Of a DNA stretch of 64,000 nt, positions 53,801 to 64,000 are shown piece by piece (position 1 is the first letter of the stretch; every line of letters starts with the position of its first letter). Location: the NCBI GenBank assembly GCA_001642005.1, contig LWCA01000030.1, positions 1 to 64,000 of the forward strand. The letters run 5' to 3'. The position numbers were made by a program, and so were the translations under genes. Below the pieces are notes generated by a model. The model had not been told where the DNA came from. It made no database searches and worked only from the letters and a program-made list of their open reading frames with translations. The DNA is from Intoshia linei (taxonomy: Eukaryota > Animalia > Orthonectida).

Positions 53801-55465
53801 ATAAATACAAAATTTCAACCCCAGAAATCTACGCATTCCCGGTGAAAAATAATTTTTAATATATTATTAACCAATATTTTTCAAATATTTCGATTAAAAT
53901 CAAAAATGTAAATATTAATCCTACAATTTCAAAAAAAATGTGCATTGTACGTCTACACATTTTCAATAAAGACATATGGGTGAAAATCTATATAATTCAT
54001 TCATTCGGAATTTTGTTCATTGCTACGCAATTTTTAAATTTTAAATTTTAATTTTCAAAACATTTTTATTAAAACATTCAAATTTGAATAAAAAACTAAA
54101 CAACGAAACTAAAAAAACTTTGTTAATATCATTTTTATATTACAATCCTTTGCAATAATGGTAAAATTCGACTGAAATGTTCATAAAGTAAAGAGTCAGT
54201 TAATTATTGATACACAATTGGTATTTTTAAGTATTTATTAAATTGGTACTGAATATATATCATCAAATTGAAAATGACAAAATAGGTTTTTATAATTTTA
54301 TTATTTCTGGAATACATATTTTCTATGATATTTATGAAAATTTTTAGGATTGGACTGTTTTTATTTTTATTATTATACACACATTCTGTCTAATAAATTA
54401 AAAAAATGGGATAACAATTAACATTAAAATTCTTTACGCAAATGTTAACAAAAAATTAAGATGGAATAATTCACTTTAAAGTAAAAAGTAATGTGATATC
54501 TGAGAATCTTAATTTCAAATTCAGCAGATTATAGATACATTAAAATTGCGTGACATTAATCTGATAGTCATGATAAAATAAAAGATATTGCTGTACGTTG
54601 AAGACTGAATCAAATTCAAAGTTATTTGATATATTTATAGATATTCAACTATTTAATTGAGAGCAAAGTGTAGATAAACTATCAAATCCACAAATTTAAC
54701 ATTAAATACTAAAAAATCTATTTTATAATATTTGCTAATCAAAAGGGTCATGCCACGTCATTTACAAAAGTAGATTATTCGATAAAATCTAATTACGTGG
54801 TATTTTAGACAATTAAATCAATAATCAATAGAGTGGATATCAAAATGATAATTAATTTTTTATTATCTAAAATGTAATAAAATTTTATACATTTTAAACT
54901 AATTTTTAATTTTAATATAGGTTATTAATTATTATTACCAGTGAAACTTCTTCGCTTTGTGTAATGAAATGTACAAAATAACGAGTGACAAAATCTTGAC
55001 CGTGACAGACACAAAATGATCTACGATTACTGGCATATATGCCATTATTGACCATTTCGCTTTGAAGTTGTTTATCCTAATTTTAAATTTTGATCAGTAA
55101 TGAATATATTGAAAAAATGATACAATTGAAATTTTTTAATTACCTTTGGATAAGTTTTAAATCTCACATCGCTAGTTAACGCCAAGTCAATTACTTGAGT
55201 CATCTAATTAATTTATATGATTAATAATATTCACGCAAATGAATAATTCAAAAATAAAAACCTTGTCGTCAGATTTGTAGTATAGAAAAAAACCCCATTG
55301 ATCAACTTGAACAAAACAACGATTGATGGTAAGAGATTCCTTCAATTGAATTAAATTTAATTGAAATATGATTGAACTCACTTCATCAAATACGTCGAAT
55401 AAGTCTCCTTCCAATAAATTATCCGGAATCTTCTTTTGCCAATTAAGTTTGTTGTTTTTAGACAT
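38828..55465 (-). CDS. PLCB4: Phosphoinositide phospholipase C beta (PLCB4/NorpA/EGL-8 type), many exons
   Basis: PH-like start [21 protein letters not shown] box [13 protein letters not shown]...[22 protein letters not shown]...[11 protein letters not shown] box [37 protein letters not shown]2 [20 protein letters not shown]. Distal [28 protein letters not shown]. Confidence 0.93.
41036..41139. repeat. ~40-bp-arm inverted repeat (hairpin/MITE remnant)
   Basis: ttacaatgaagtatacgttattttaatatcttttacgtaga ... tctacgtaaaagctattaaaataaagtataattcattgtaa. Confidence 0.8.
41985..42785 (-). mobile_element. Copy of the ~0.9-kb dispersed repeat (Helitron-like)
   Basis: Colinear with 56662-57476 and with the reverse complement of 53239-54160. 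Confidence 0.8.
43736..44181. mobile_element. hAT MITE with a perfect 8-bp TSD, nested in the end of another MITE
   Basis: cattaggg|tagtgtttcccaacc ... ggtttgaaaaccctg|cattaggg. Host element TIRs attagggtgtc ... gacaccctaat extend to ~44420. Confidence 0.88.
45470..46508 (+). mobile_element. Ty3/gypsy LTR retrotransposon 3' remnant: integrase fragment, PPT and 304-bp LTR (46205-46508)
   Basis: [17 protein letters not shown], then frameshifted [14 protein letters not shown]...KTGISP..LVFG and [15 protein letters not shown]. Polypurine tract ggggaagg abuts TGTAGTAT...ATACTACA. Confidence 0.85.
50375..50547. mobile_element. MITE with ~50-bp TIRs ending CAGTGATATC (TA-type)
   Basis: agtgatacctcgatatagtcacgttcgattactt ... 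aagtaatcgaacgtgactatatcgagatatcactgta. A second, inverted and degenerate copy is at 56493-56660. Confidence 0.88.
53239..54160 (+). mobile_element. ~0.9-kb dispersed repeat, non-autonomous Helitron-like
   Basis: Starts A|TCctaatttatatatatatgctatgcgatttttgtttgtgtgtgtgttacgc (TC 5' end plus GT microsatellite). Homologous to 41985-42785 and 56662-57476. No 3' CTRR end identified. Confidence 0.65.
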
Positions 55466-56661
55466 GATGAAATTCTAAACTTGTGTTTACAATTAATAAA
55501 AGTTATTATTACGTATAATGTTCTATTTATTTTTCTTGGTTAATAAATTTTAAGTTGTAAATTAAAAAAAATATTCTTCGTTTTATAGTATAACTTTATA
55601 TATTTACTTATTGAATTTATCTTTGTTTATTTAGTTTTTCATAATTTAAGAAAATACACGTAAATGTGATGATATCGTTCAACTTAATGCACATAAATAT
55701 TAGAAATGATTAATATTTTGCATGTTTCAATACATTGTACTCGAATAAATAAATTGGGTCATGTTGCAATTGCATTTAATTGTTTTCGGTTGGGAGTTGC
55801 ATCGTATTCCATAATCTTGTTTGACATTGTTTAAAGAAACAGTGTTGCATTTACGTAAATTACTTTATATTCGGATAAAATTCCATACACACAGAGATTA
55901 TTGCTTAGGATAAATATTTTAATCAATTATTCTGCAAATACTTTGTTACTCTAATCTTGAAATATTTTATTAGTGTCACGATTACCTATAGGTTCCATAA
56001 TTATATTATAATGTATCAATGCATATTATATACAATATTTGATTAAATCAATATTATTCAATTAATTTATAAATGTCAATAAATGTTAGGAAATATAAGA
56101 CGTAATAATGATACTTGACTTTCATCATGATTAGTTTAAAATTTGAAGGTATACTTTCTAGTCACTAATAGCTTTAAAGTATATTTAAAAGTAGACATAC
56201 ATCTACTATACAAAATATATCCATTCATGTGCGACATTTTTCGGTACATAAAAGTTCGGACTCTTATGTAGACTATAATATAGAAATTCTCAAACTATAA
56301 CTCCAGCGATTCTCAGAGGGGGTGATTTTTAAATTTGATGAAAAGAAAATAAAATTGTTTATTTTTATGTACAACGTACAAACAGCACATAGATTTGCCG
56401 AGGGTAGCACTTTAAAAACTTTGTGTGAATTTTACCAGCATTGTAATAAATTTATTTATATAAAAATGATAATAACAATATTGTTATTTGTATTACAATA
56501 TCTCGATATATTCACGTTCGATTACTTCAATTTTAGTTTATTTGAGCTAAATGTAAAGCCAAAATTACATACTATGTATCTATGATTGCAAAAAATATTT
56601 TTGGCTTAAATTTTAAGTTAAAATTGTTTCTATCATATTCTTTGATATCATATCACTGTAC

Positions 56662-57775
56662 TTCGTTGTTGTAGTTTTAATACAAAGTTATTTTAAACTT
56701 TTTGAAAATTAAAAATTGCGAAGGACTAAATTATATAAATTTTCACCCATATGTCTTTATTGGAAATGTGTAATGTTTTTTGAAATTGTAGGATCTATAT
56801 TTACATTTTCAATTTTTATTTTAATCGAAATATTTGAAAAATATTGGTTGATAATATATTAAAAATTACTTTTCACTGGGAATGCGTAGATTTCTGGAGT
56901 TGAAATTTTGTATTTATATCAACTGGAATAAGGTCTATATAAATAATATTTTTTTTTAATTTTCGAACCGTTAATTATTTCACATTTTTTGTTTTAATAA
57001 AATATTTCGGAAAAAAAATTTATGAATACTAAAATGCTTTTTTGATCGTGAATTCGTCGCTTATTCGGATTGAAATTTTTTTATGTGTGTTAACAGGATA
57101 CAACTGTACCACCTGTAAATTTTTTGATTTTCTAGGGCTGTTTAAAAAAAAGGAAGGGGAATTTGTGGTTTTGACTTTGAAGATATAATTTTTTTTAATT
57201 TAAATTTATGATAATGTGTATGATTTTAAAATCCGCATCAGCGTATATATTTTTTTAAATTCTCCAACTTGTTTGATTTTCAAAAAGAGGGACAACTGGG
57301 GTTTTTGACCCCCATAAGATACGAAATTAGGAGGTTGAAATTTATCTTACTATACGTCCCAGAAAAAACTGTAATTGAAATGTGGTTTTCAAAAAATTCT
57401 AAGGCGGGTAGTTATTTAAATAAAGCGTAACACACACACAAACAAAAATCGCGTAGCATATTATATAAGTTAGGATAAGTGAAATAAGCTGTATCAGAAT
57501 AATTTTTTTTTTAATTGTAGAACCGTTATTTATTTCAAATTTTTAATTTAAAAGTTTCATAGTAAAAAAAATCAATACTAAAGTGCTTTTTGACCGTGAA
57601 GGTGACATTTTGTCACATTGAAAATTTTTGTGTGTTAACCGGATATAACTATCATATGTAATTTTTTTTAAATTCTAGGGCTGTTTAAAAAAAAGGAAGG
57701 GGAATTTGTGGTTTTGACTTTGAAGATATAATTTTTTTTAATTTAAATTGATGATAATGCTTATGACTTTAAAAA
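56662..57775 (-). mobile_element. Helitron-like repeat copy plus an adjacent partial tandem copy (57480-57775)
   Basis: Reverse-complement homology to 53239-54160. Segment 57130-57230 is repeated at 57675-57775. Confidence 0.8.
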
Positions 57776-58013
57776 CTATCCTTAAATTTATGTTTTATCA
57801 AATTCAATTTGTACTAAAAATAATTAATATCAATAAAAACATTAGCTTATTATCCGATTCATTATCAAAAAATGAAAATTATGGCGACCTTTCAAAATGA
57901 CATGGATACTTCAAAAACATTAAAAATATTGTCATAGCACAACTTATCATTATTTAAGCAATATCGACCTATTTAATTTGAAAGACAATTTTAATATTAG
58001 ACAATTAGTGAAA

Positions 58014-59334
58014 ATGTCCGAATTCAAGGTATTTTTGAATTGTACCGTAAACAAATACAGTTTAAAATTTAGACACAAAATTTGGAACAATTGCAAAAAC
58101 TTTTTGTTCATTCATTTTCTGCTGAAACTACAGAGGACGAATTAAAGCAATTCTTTAGTACATATGGTGAAGTGGAAGAATTCATTATAATTCGGGATAA
58201 AGTAACAAAAAAGTAAGATTGTAATATTTTATACTCATGAGTAAGCAATAATTATTGCAATTACTGACCATGAGGTTTTAACTTAAGTTAAGATTATTTA
58301 TAGATCAAAAAGATTTGGTTTTTGTAAGTTTGCAACCATTGAGGGTATCGATAATGTACAATCGCAGAGACCTATCAAATTTCAGGATATTATACTTGAC
58401 ACAAGAAGAGCTGCTCCAAAAGGGGTATTAAGATTTCTCCTAACCGTGAATTAACATTAGAGTCTTGACGAAAGATCTTGAGACTTGGCTCAGGTTTACT
58501 AGTATACTAGTAAGTAGTTAATGGTAGTTTACTAGTAGTAGTCATGTATACGTACTTTATTAACAAATTATTTCAGATGGAGCATGATCCAATGACTAAA
58601 CAAAAAATTAACAGATTGTATGTGAGTGGTATAAGAGAGGAAATAGAATCTGAAGATTTAAAGGGCTATTTTTCTAAACACGGGACAATTGTTAGAGTTG
58701 ACATTATGGTTTCGCAAGACACTGGTAAAAAACGAGGTTTCGCTTTTATTGAATTTGAGGATTTTGATACTGTCGATAAAATGTGCCGTATTATAATTGT
58801 GTTTCATTTCTTTACAATTTTTAGTTATGAAAAGTCATATGATTAAAAATTATCGATGTGATGTCAAAAAGGCTATTCCTAAAGAAAGTATGATCAATCC
58901 TAGTACTCCAAGGAATGATTATGGAAATCGATCATATAATAACCATAATACTTCTCGCGACAGAAGTTTCAATAATAGTACTAGTTATGGAAATAGAGAA
59001 CAATATCCACCTCGTCATCCTTACGGTTACAATCACACTAGAACGGAATATGGTTAGCGTTTTTCATTGGTTTAATAATTTATTTTGATTTTAGCTGCTG
59101 CACCCTACGAGCAAACATATGCACCTGATGCTTATAGTAACAGGTATCAACCTCGGGGATATCCGCAATATGATGGTTCCATTTTTTTAACATTGTTTCA
59201 TATTTTTTTAGCTGATCCTAATGCTGGTTATGAACAATATCCTCCACCTGGAAATGGTAATTTTTTTAATTAATTTTATATCATTACATTATTTAGCCCA
59301 AAATTACAGACATAATCCATATAAAAGATATTGA
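58014..59334 (+). CDS. Two-RRM hnRNP (hnRNP A/B-Musashi/DAZAP1 family) with Tyr/Pro/Gly-rich tail
   Basis: RRM1 KLFVHSFSAETTEDELKQFFSTYG...IRDKVTKKSKRFGFCKF. RRM2 RLYVSGIREEIESEDLKGYFSKHG...TGKKRGFAFIEFEDFDTVDK...DVKKAIPK. C-terminus YRHNPYKRY* is PY-NLS-like. Confidence 0.88.
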
Positions 59335-59666
59335 TTTTTGTACCATGTATTTAGATAATTATTTATTAAATAAGTAATTTAAAATTTATTTGTTTACTCC
59401 GTGTTTTTCATTTTTTGTCTAATTTGAAAGGTCTTGTCAATGTGTGTCACTAAATTATTTTTATAATTGGTAAACGCATAAACCTTTTATCTTTGAACCA
59501 AATCTAACATTTAATTTCTAAATTTTATTATATTTTTTAAATGTTATTTACGTTGGTCCTATCTTCTAATTTATCGCCTATCCATGTCTTTTCCTTCTAT
59601 AATGAATATATAACCAGTTAACATTAAACAAATCACAAATTTTCCTGGAAATTCTTATATACCAAG

Positions 59667-60245
59667 TAGTGATTGTCCGAAAAAAATTGAGACATACCTG
59701 TATTTGATTTATGTTTGTTATTAAAATGGAAATATTTAAAATTTACCATTTCAAAAATCCCACCACTAATAAATTTAATCAAAAATAACATTTCACATCC
59801 TCATCCTCATGGAAAAATTGTCTTACACCGATATTCTTTTCAAAAATCTTATTTTCCAGCCCTTAATGGAAAAATATCCTTTTTCCAATACTTTTTTTAA
59901 AAACCTCTTATTCCAACCACAAATTACTAACGCTTAAGGTAATTATCCTCTTTTTCCAATATTATTTTGAAAAATATTATGAATTGTTACGAACTGGAGC
60001 CCTATCATCAAGATTGTTAAAATTAAAGGAAGCCCTTATGACCCTTCAACCTACGTCAACACAAAATGAAAGAAATTTTTCTACTGCTTCTAATTTCGTT
60101 ACAAAACGTAGAACGCATTTAGAAGACGAATCTATCAATATTATGTGTGTTTTGAAAAAATTTTTCAACAATCTAAAATAAATAAATTTTTTTCTAATTA
60201 AATTTGTAAATTTCAATTTAGATTCGTGTTATTTCATTAATTAAG
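59667..60245 (+). mobile_element. hAT deletion derivative, same family as 7419-8186
   Basis: Starts tagtgattgt. Contains ALMTLQPTSTQNERNFSTASNFVTKRRTHLEDESINIMCVLKKFF (hAT dimerisation motif). Confidence 0.85.
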
Positions 60246-61367
60246 ATAAATGATCCACAACTGGCCCAGCTTCGCCACCCAATTTATCAAAATAAATAGC
60301 TGTAAAAGTAAACTAAAATTAAAATTAATTTCATTATACTGATTGTACTGACAAACAGCATCAAAAATGTGAAATTTGTTGAAGTAAAATAGATAAAATA
60401 TAATATACATTATAGCAGTGGTACTAAAATCAACAAAATTTCAACCCCATTACAAAAAAAGTATCGCTTAATCATTTAGTTTTAACGTAATCAATTTTAA
60501 AAGTGTAACCAACTTTTATATTTCTTTTAAATCTGTTATTTTATCACTTCTCTAACAATATTTATTTTTTTAGTGTTCAGTGCAGTGATTCTTAACCGGT
60601 GCGCCATGAGTAAATTCTTTAATATTCTTTGATTCATTATGTAGAATTAAAAAAACAACATATTTTAAATATAAATAGCAATTTCTATTATGATTTCAAA
60701 TCATGATCTATTATTTAAATTTTATGATCTACACATTAAAAGAAATTAAAATTACCAATTTCATTTTGTTCCCATTACTTTTTATTTTAGCATTTCTCAA
60801 AATTTCAGTGTCAAACTAAATGTAATTTGTAAATAAAACGTTGTTTTACATTTTTAGGAACTTTAACCAAAATTTTCATTATATTGTTTTAGGATAGAAT
60901 AAGAATATTTTTTTGTCCATTGAGCGATAAATAATTATATTAATTGACAGGTTATATGTAATTCTATAAAAAAATGTGTCTGTATCAGATTATTTGATGA
61001 AAATATTTATTTTTCAAAACTAACCACTCTGATGAGTAAAAATTTATGCATAAACAATGTTCGAGTTCACATATTTCAATGTTCATAGCGTGTCATTAAC
61101 AACTAATCTAATTCGATACGAATAAAAAAAAACTGATCTAATTTCACCAGATTTTCAATTAACCAGAGTTCAAAAGTAAATTTATCATAGCTGTTACGGC
61201 TATCAATTATTTCAGTTATTATTATCAATATTATTTCAGCTAAGCTGTAAATAAAATAGTGACATTCAAACCTAAATTAAATTTTGCTAACGAATATCAT
61301 CACAAAATTAAAATTAAAATTTAAACCTTAACAAAACTATCAATAAATAAACACTGTACAATAAGCA

Positions 61368-61417
61368 TGAATATTCTCGATACTTCTCTAACAAGAAAGA
61401 ACATTCGCGACAATTCT
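61368..61417 (+). promoter_or_regulatory. Two heat-shock elements upstream of HSP90
   Basis: tGAAtaTTCtcGAtacTTCt (61368-61387) and aGAAcaTTCgcGAcaaTTCt (61398-61417): alternating nGAAn pentamers ~300 bp before the ATG. Confidence 0.8.
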
Positions 61418-61705
61418 TTTTTATCGCAACGGTTGTTAAATAACAAAAAGTTCTAAAGTTTTTAATGAATTACTCATTAAATTCAAAATATATTAAAAAA
61501 ATTAAATGACCAAAACGCTTTTATTACCATTGTGAACATTGTGCCAGAGTCACGTCAGAAAAAATTTAATAATAAAGACGTTGGTGTGTTAATTATTTAT
61601 ACAAATAAAATTCAAGCAAACTAAACTTCAATTAAATTTCAATCACATTTGCATTATCGTTATACTTTTTGCGTGTTTTCAAATATAAAATTGTAATACA
61701 TTAAA

Positions 61706-63993
61706 ATGGTTGAATCTAAAGACACTAATGTGGAAACTTTTGCTTTCCAAGCAGAAATTGCCCAATTAATGACTTTAATCATTAATACGTTCTACTCAAA
61801 CAAGGAAATTTTTCTTAGAGAATTGATTTCAAATTGCTCCGATGCATTGGATAAGATTCGATTTGAAAGTTTAACTGATCAGTCAAAATTGGATTCTGAA
61901 TCAAATCTTAAAATCAATATTTCAGCTGACAAGGCTAACAATACAATCACCATTAGTGATACTGGAATCGGTATGACCAAAAATGAACTCATTCAGAACT
62001 TGGGAACTATTGCTAAGTCTGGTACGAAAGGTTTTATGGAAGCCATCCAAGTAATTTTTATTCTTAAATATTTTATTAATTTATTTATTATAGTTTTATC
62101 ACATAATTTATATTAATTTATTTTTTAGGCTGGTGCCGACATCAGTATGATTGGTCAATTCGGTGTTGGATTCTATTCTGGTTATTTGGTTGCCGATAAA
62201 ATTGTTGTTAACAGTAAACACAATGATGATGAACAACATGTTTGGGAATCTTCCGCTGGTGGTTCTTTCACAGTTCGAAAAGCCGATGAAACTGATATCA
62301 AATTGACTAGAGGAACCCACATTTGTTTGTATATGAAAGAAGATCAAACCGAGTATTTGGAAGAAAAAAGAATCAAGGAAGTTGTTTCTAAGCACTCTTC
62401 TTTTATTCAATATCCCATTATTATGCCAGTGGAAAAAGAAAAAGAAGAAGAAGTTTCTGATGATGAAGAAGAAAAGCCTGATGAGGATAAACCAAAGATT
62501 GAAGAATTGGATGAAAATGAAGAAAAAGGTGAAGATAGCAAACCTGAAAATGAAACCGCTGAAAAGAAAAAGAAGAAAATTAAAGTAAAATATACTGAAG
62601 ATGAAGAATTGAATAAGAGCAAACCTTTATGGACTAGAAATTCCGATGACATCTCCCAAGAAGAATATGGAAATTTTTACAAATCTTTGACAAATGACTG
62701 GGAAACTCACTTGGCTGTTAAACACGCTAGTGTTGAGGGACAATTAGAATTTAGAACATTGTTGTATATACCAAAACGTGCTCCATTCGATCTGTTTGAA
62801 AATAAAAAAAAGAGAAATAACATAAAATTGTATGTACGTCGAGTTTTCGTCATGGACAATTGCGAAGATTTAATTCCTGAATATTTAGGATTTATTAAAG
62901 GAGTAGTTGATTCAGAAGATTTACCTTTGAACATATCAAGAGAAACTTTACAGCAAAATAAGATTTTGAAAGTTATTCGTAAAACAATTGTCCGTAAATG
63001 TATTGAATTATTCACTGAATTGAGTGAAGACAAAGAGAGTTACAAAAAATTCTATGAACAATTTGGTAAAAATATGAAACTTGGAATTCACGAAGATTCT
63101 ACTAACCGAGAAAAATTGGCTGGATTTTTGAGATATAAAACTTCTTTTGCTAAAGATGAAATGTCATCTCTTGAAGAATACATTGAGAGAATGAAGCCTA
63201 ACCAGCAAGATATTTTGTACATTACTGCTGCAAACATGGAAGAAATTGAATCATCTGCTCTTGTCAATGGTATTGTGTCTAAAGGATATGAAGTTATATA
63301 TATGGTTGATCCAATTGACGAATATGCAACTCAACAATTAAGACAATTCAAAGGAAAAAATCTTGTATCGATTACCAAGGAAGGATTGAAATTACCTGAA
63401 GATGAAGAAGAGACTAAAAAACAAGAAGAATTGAAAGCTCAATTTGAACCATTGTGCAAAAGATTGAAAGAGGTACTTGATAGTCGTGTTGAAAAGGTTG
63501 AATTAACTCATGTTTTGCATAAAAGTCAATCTTGTACAATTATTACCAGTCAATATGGTTGGACTGCAAATATGGAAAGAATCATGAAAGCTCAAGCTTT
63601 GAGAGATACTAGTACCATGGGGTACATGTCAGCTAAAAAGATTTTCCAAATCAACCCTGAAAACAAAATTATTATGAAATTGAAAGACATGACTAGTGAT
63701 GATGACGGTTTGTTTAACAACATTGTTATGATTATTTTTGACATCACCCTGTTAAATTCTGGATTTTCGCTTGAAAATCCAAAGAAACACAGTGACAGAA
63801 TCTTTAAAATGATTAAACTAGGCATTGGTAATATTAAATTTTAATTATTTACTTGATAAATTGCGTACATTTTAACTTAATTATTTTAGATGTTGATATT
63901 GATGAAGAAGAGGAAGAATTAACAAATGGAAAAGTTGCACCACCGCTTGAAGAGCTCAAAGAAGACATCTCTAAAATGGAAGAAGTCGATTAA
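61706..63993 (+). CDS. HSP90: Cytosolic heat shock protein 90 (3 exons: 61706-62050, 62129-63827, 63890-63993)
   Basis: [70 protein letters not shown], and terminal MEEVD-TAA. Confidence 0.98.
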
Positions 63994-64000
63994 ATTTAGT

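Noticed and set aside
62108-63825. Antisense and alternative-frame ORFs over HSP90 (also over the WDR34-like, MDH and nAChR exons)
   Set aside because: Shadow ORFs of real coding sequence, with low-complexity translations.
1-64000. CRISPR arrays, operons, prokaryotic defence systems, rRNA or tRNA genes
   Set aside because: The sequence is spliceosomal-intron eukaryotic DNA. No repeat-spacer periodicity, cloverleaf or rRNA motifs were seen.

Overview
Very AT-rich, intron-containing animal (invertebrate) genomic DNA, not prokaryotic. Many introns are only ~36-45 nt; longer introns are packed with decayed DNA transposons and MITEs. This architecture resembles a reduced parasitic spiralian such as an orthonectid, which is an inference only. 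Genes reconstructed by hand, in order: 5' end of a secreted tandem-repeat protein (-); CC2D2A/MKS6 (+); intronless WDR34/DYNC2I2-like dynein-2 intermediate chain (-); a degenerate cystine-knot (neurotrophin/Spaetzle-like) gene (-); a pseudogenised non-alpha nicotinic receptor subunit (-); an orphan gene of ~10 small exons (+); an MDH2-type dehydrogenase (-); phospholipase C beta4/NorpA-type (-); a two-RRM hnRNP (+); cytosolic HSP90 with two heat-shock elements (+). The strongest lead is the MDH2-type enzyme. It has Gln in place of the malate-specifying Arg (GIAQKPG, LDH position 102) and no mitochondrial presequence, so it may be an independently evolved LDH-like enzyme. Other leads: a candidate 33-nt poison exon plus palindrome-rich introns in the hnRNP gene, and two MITE families that share one core but have different termini. 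Exon boundaries were read by eye and may be off by a few bases.
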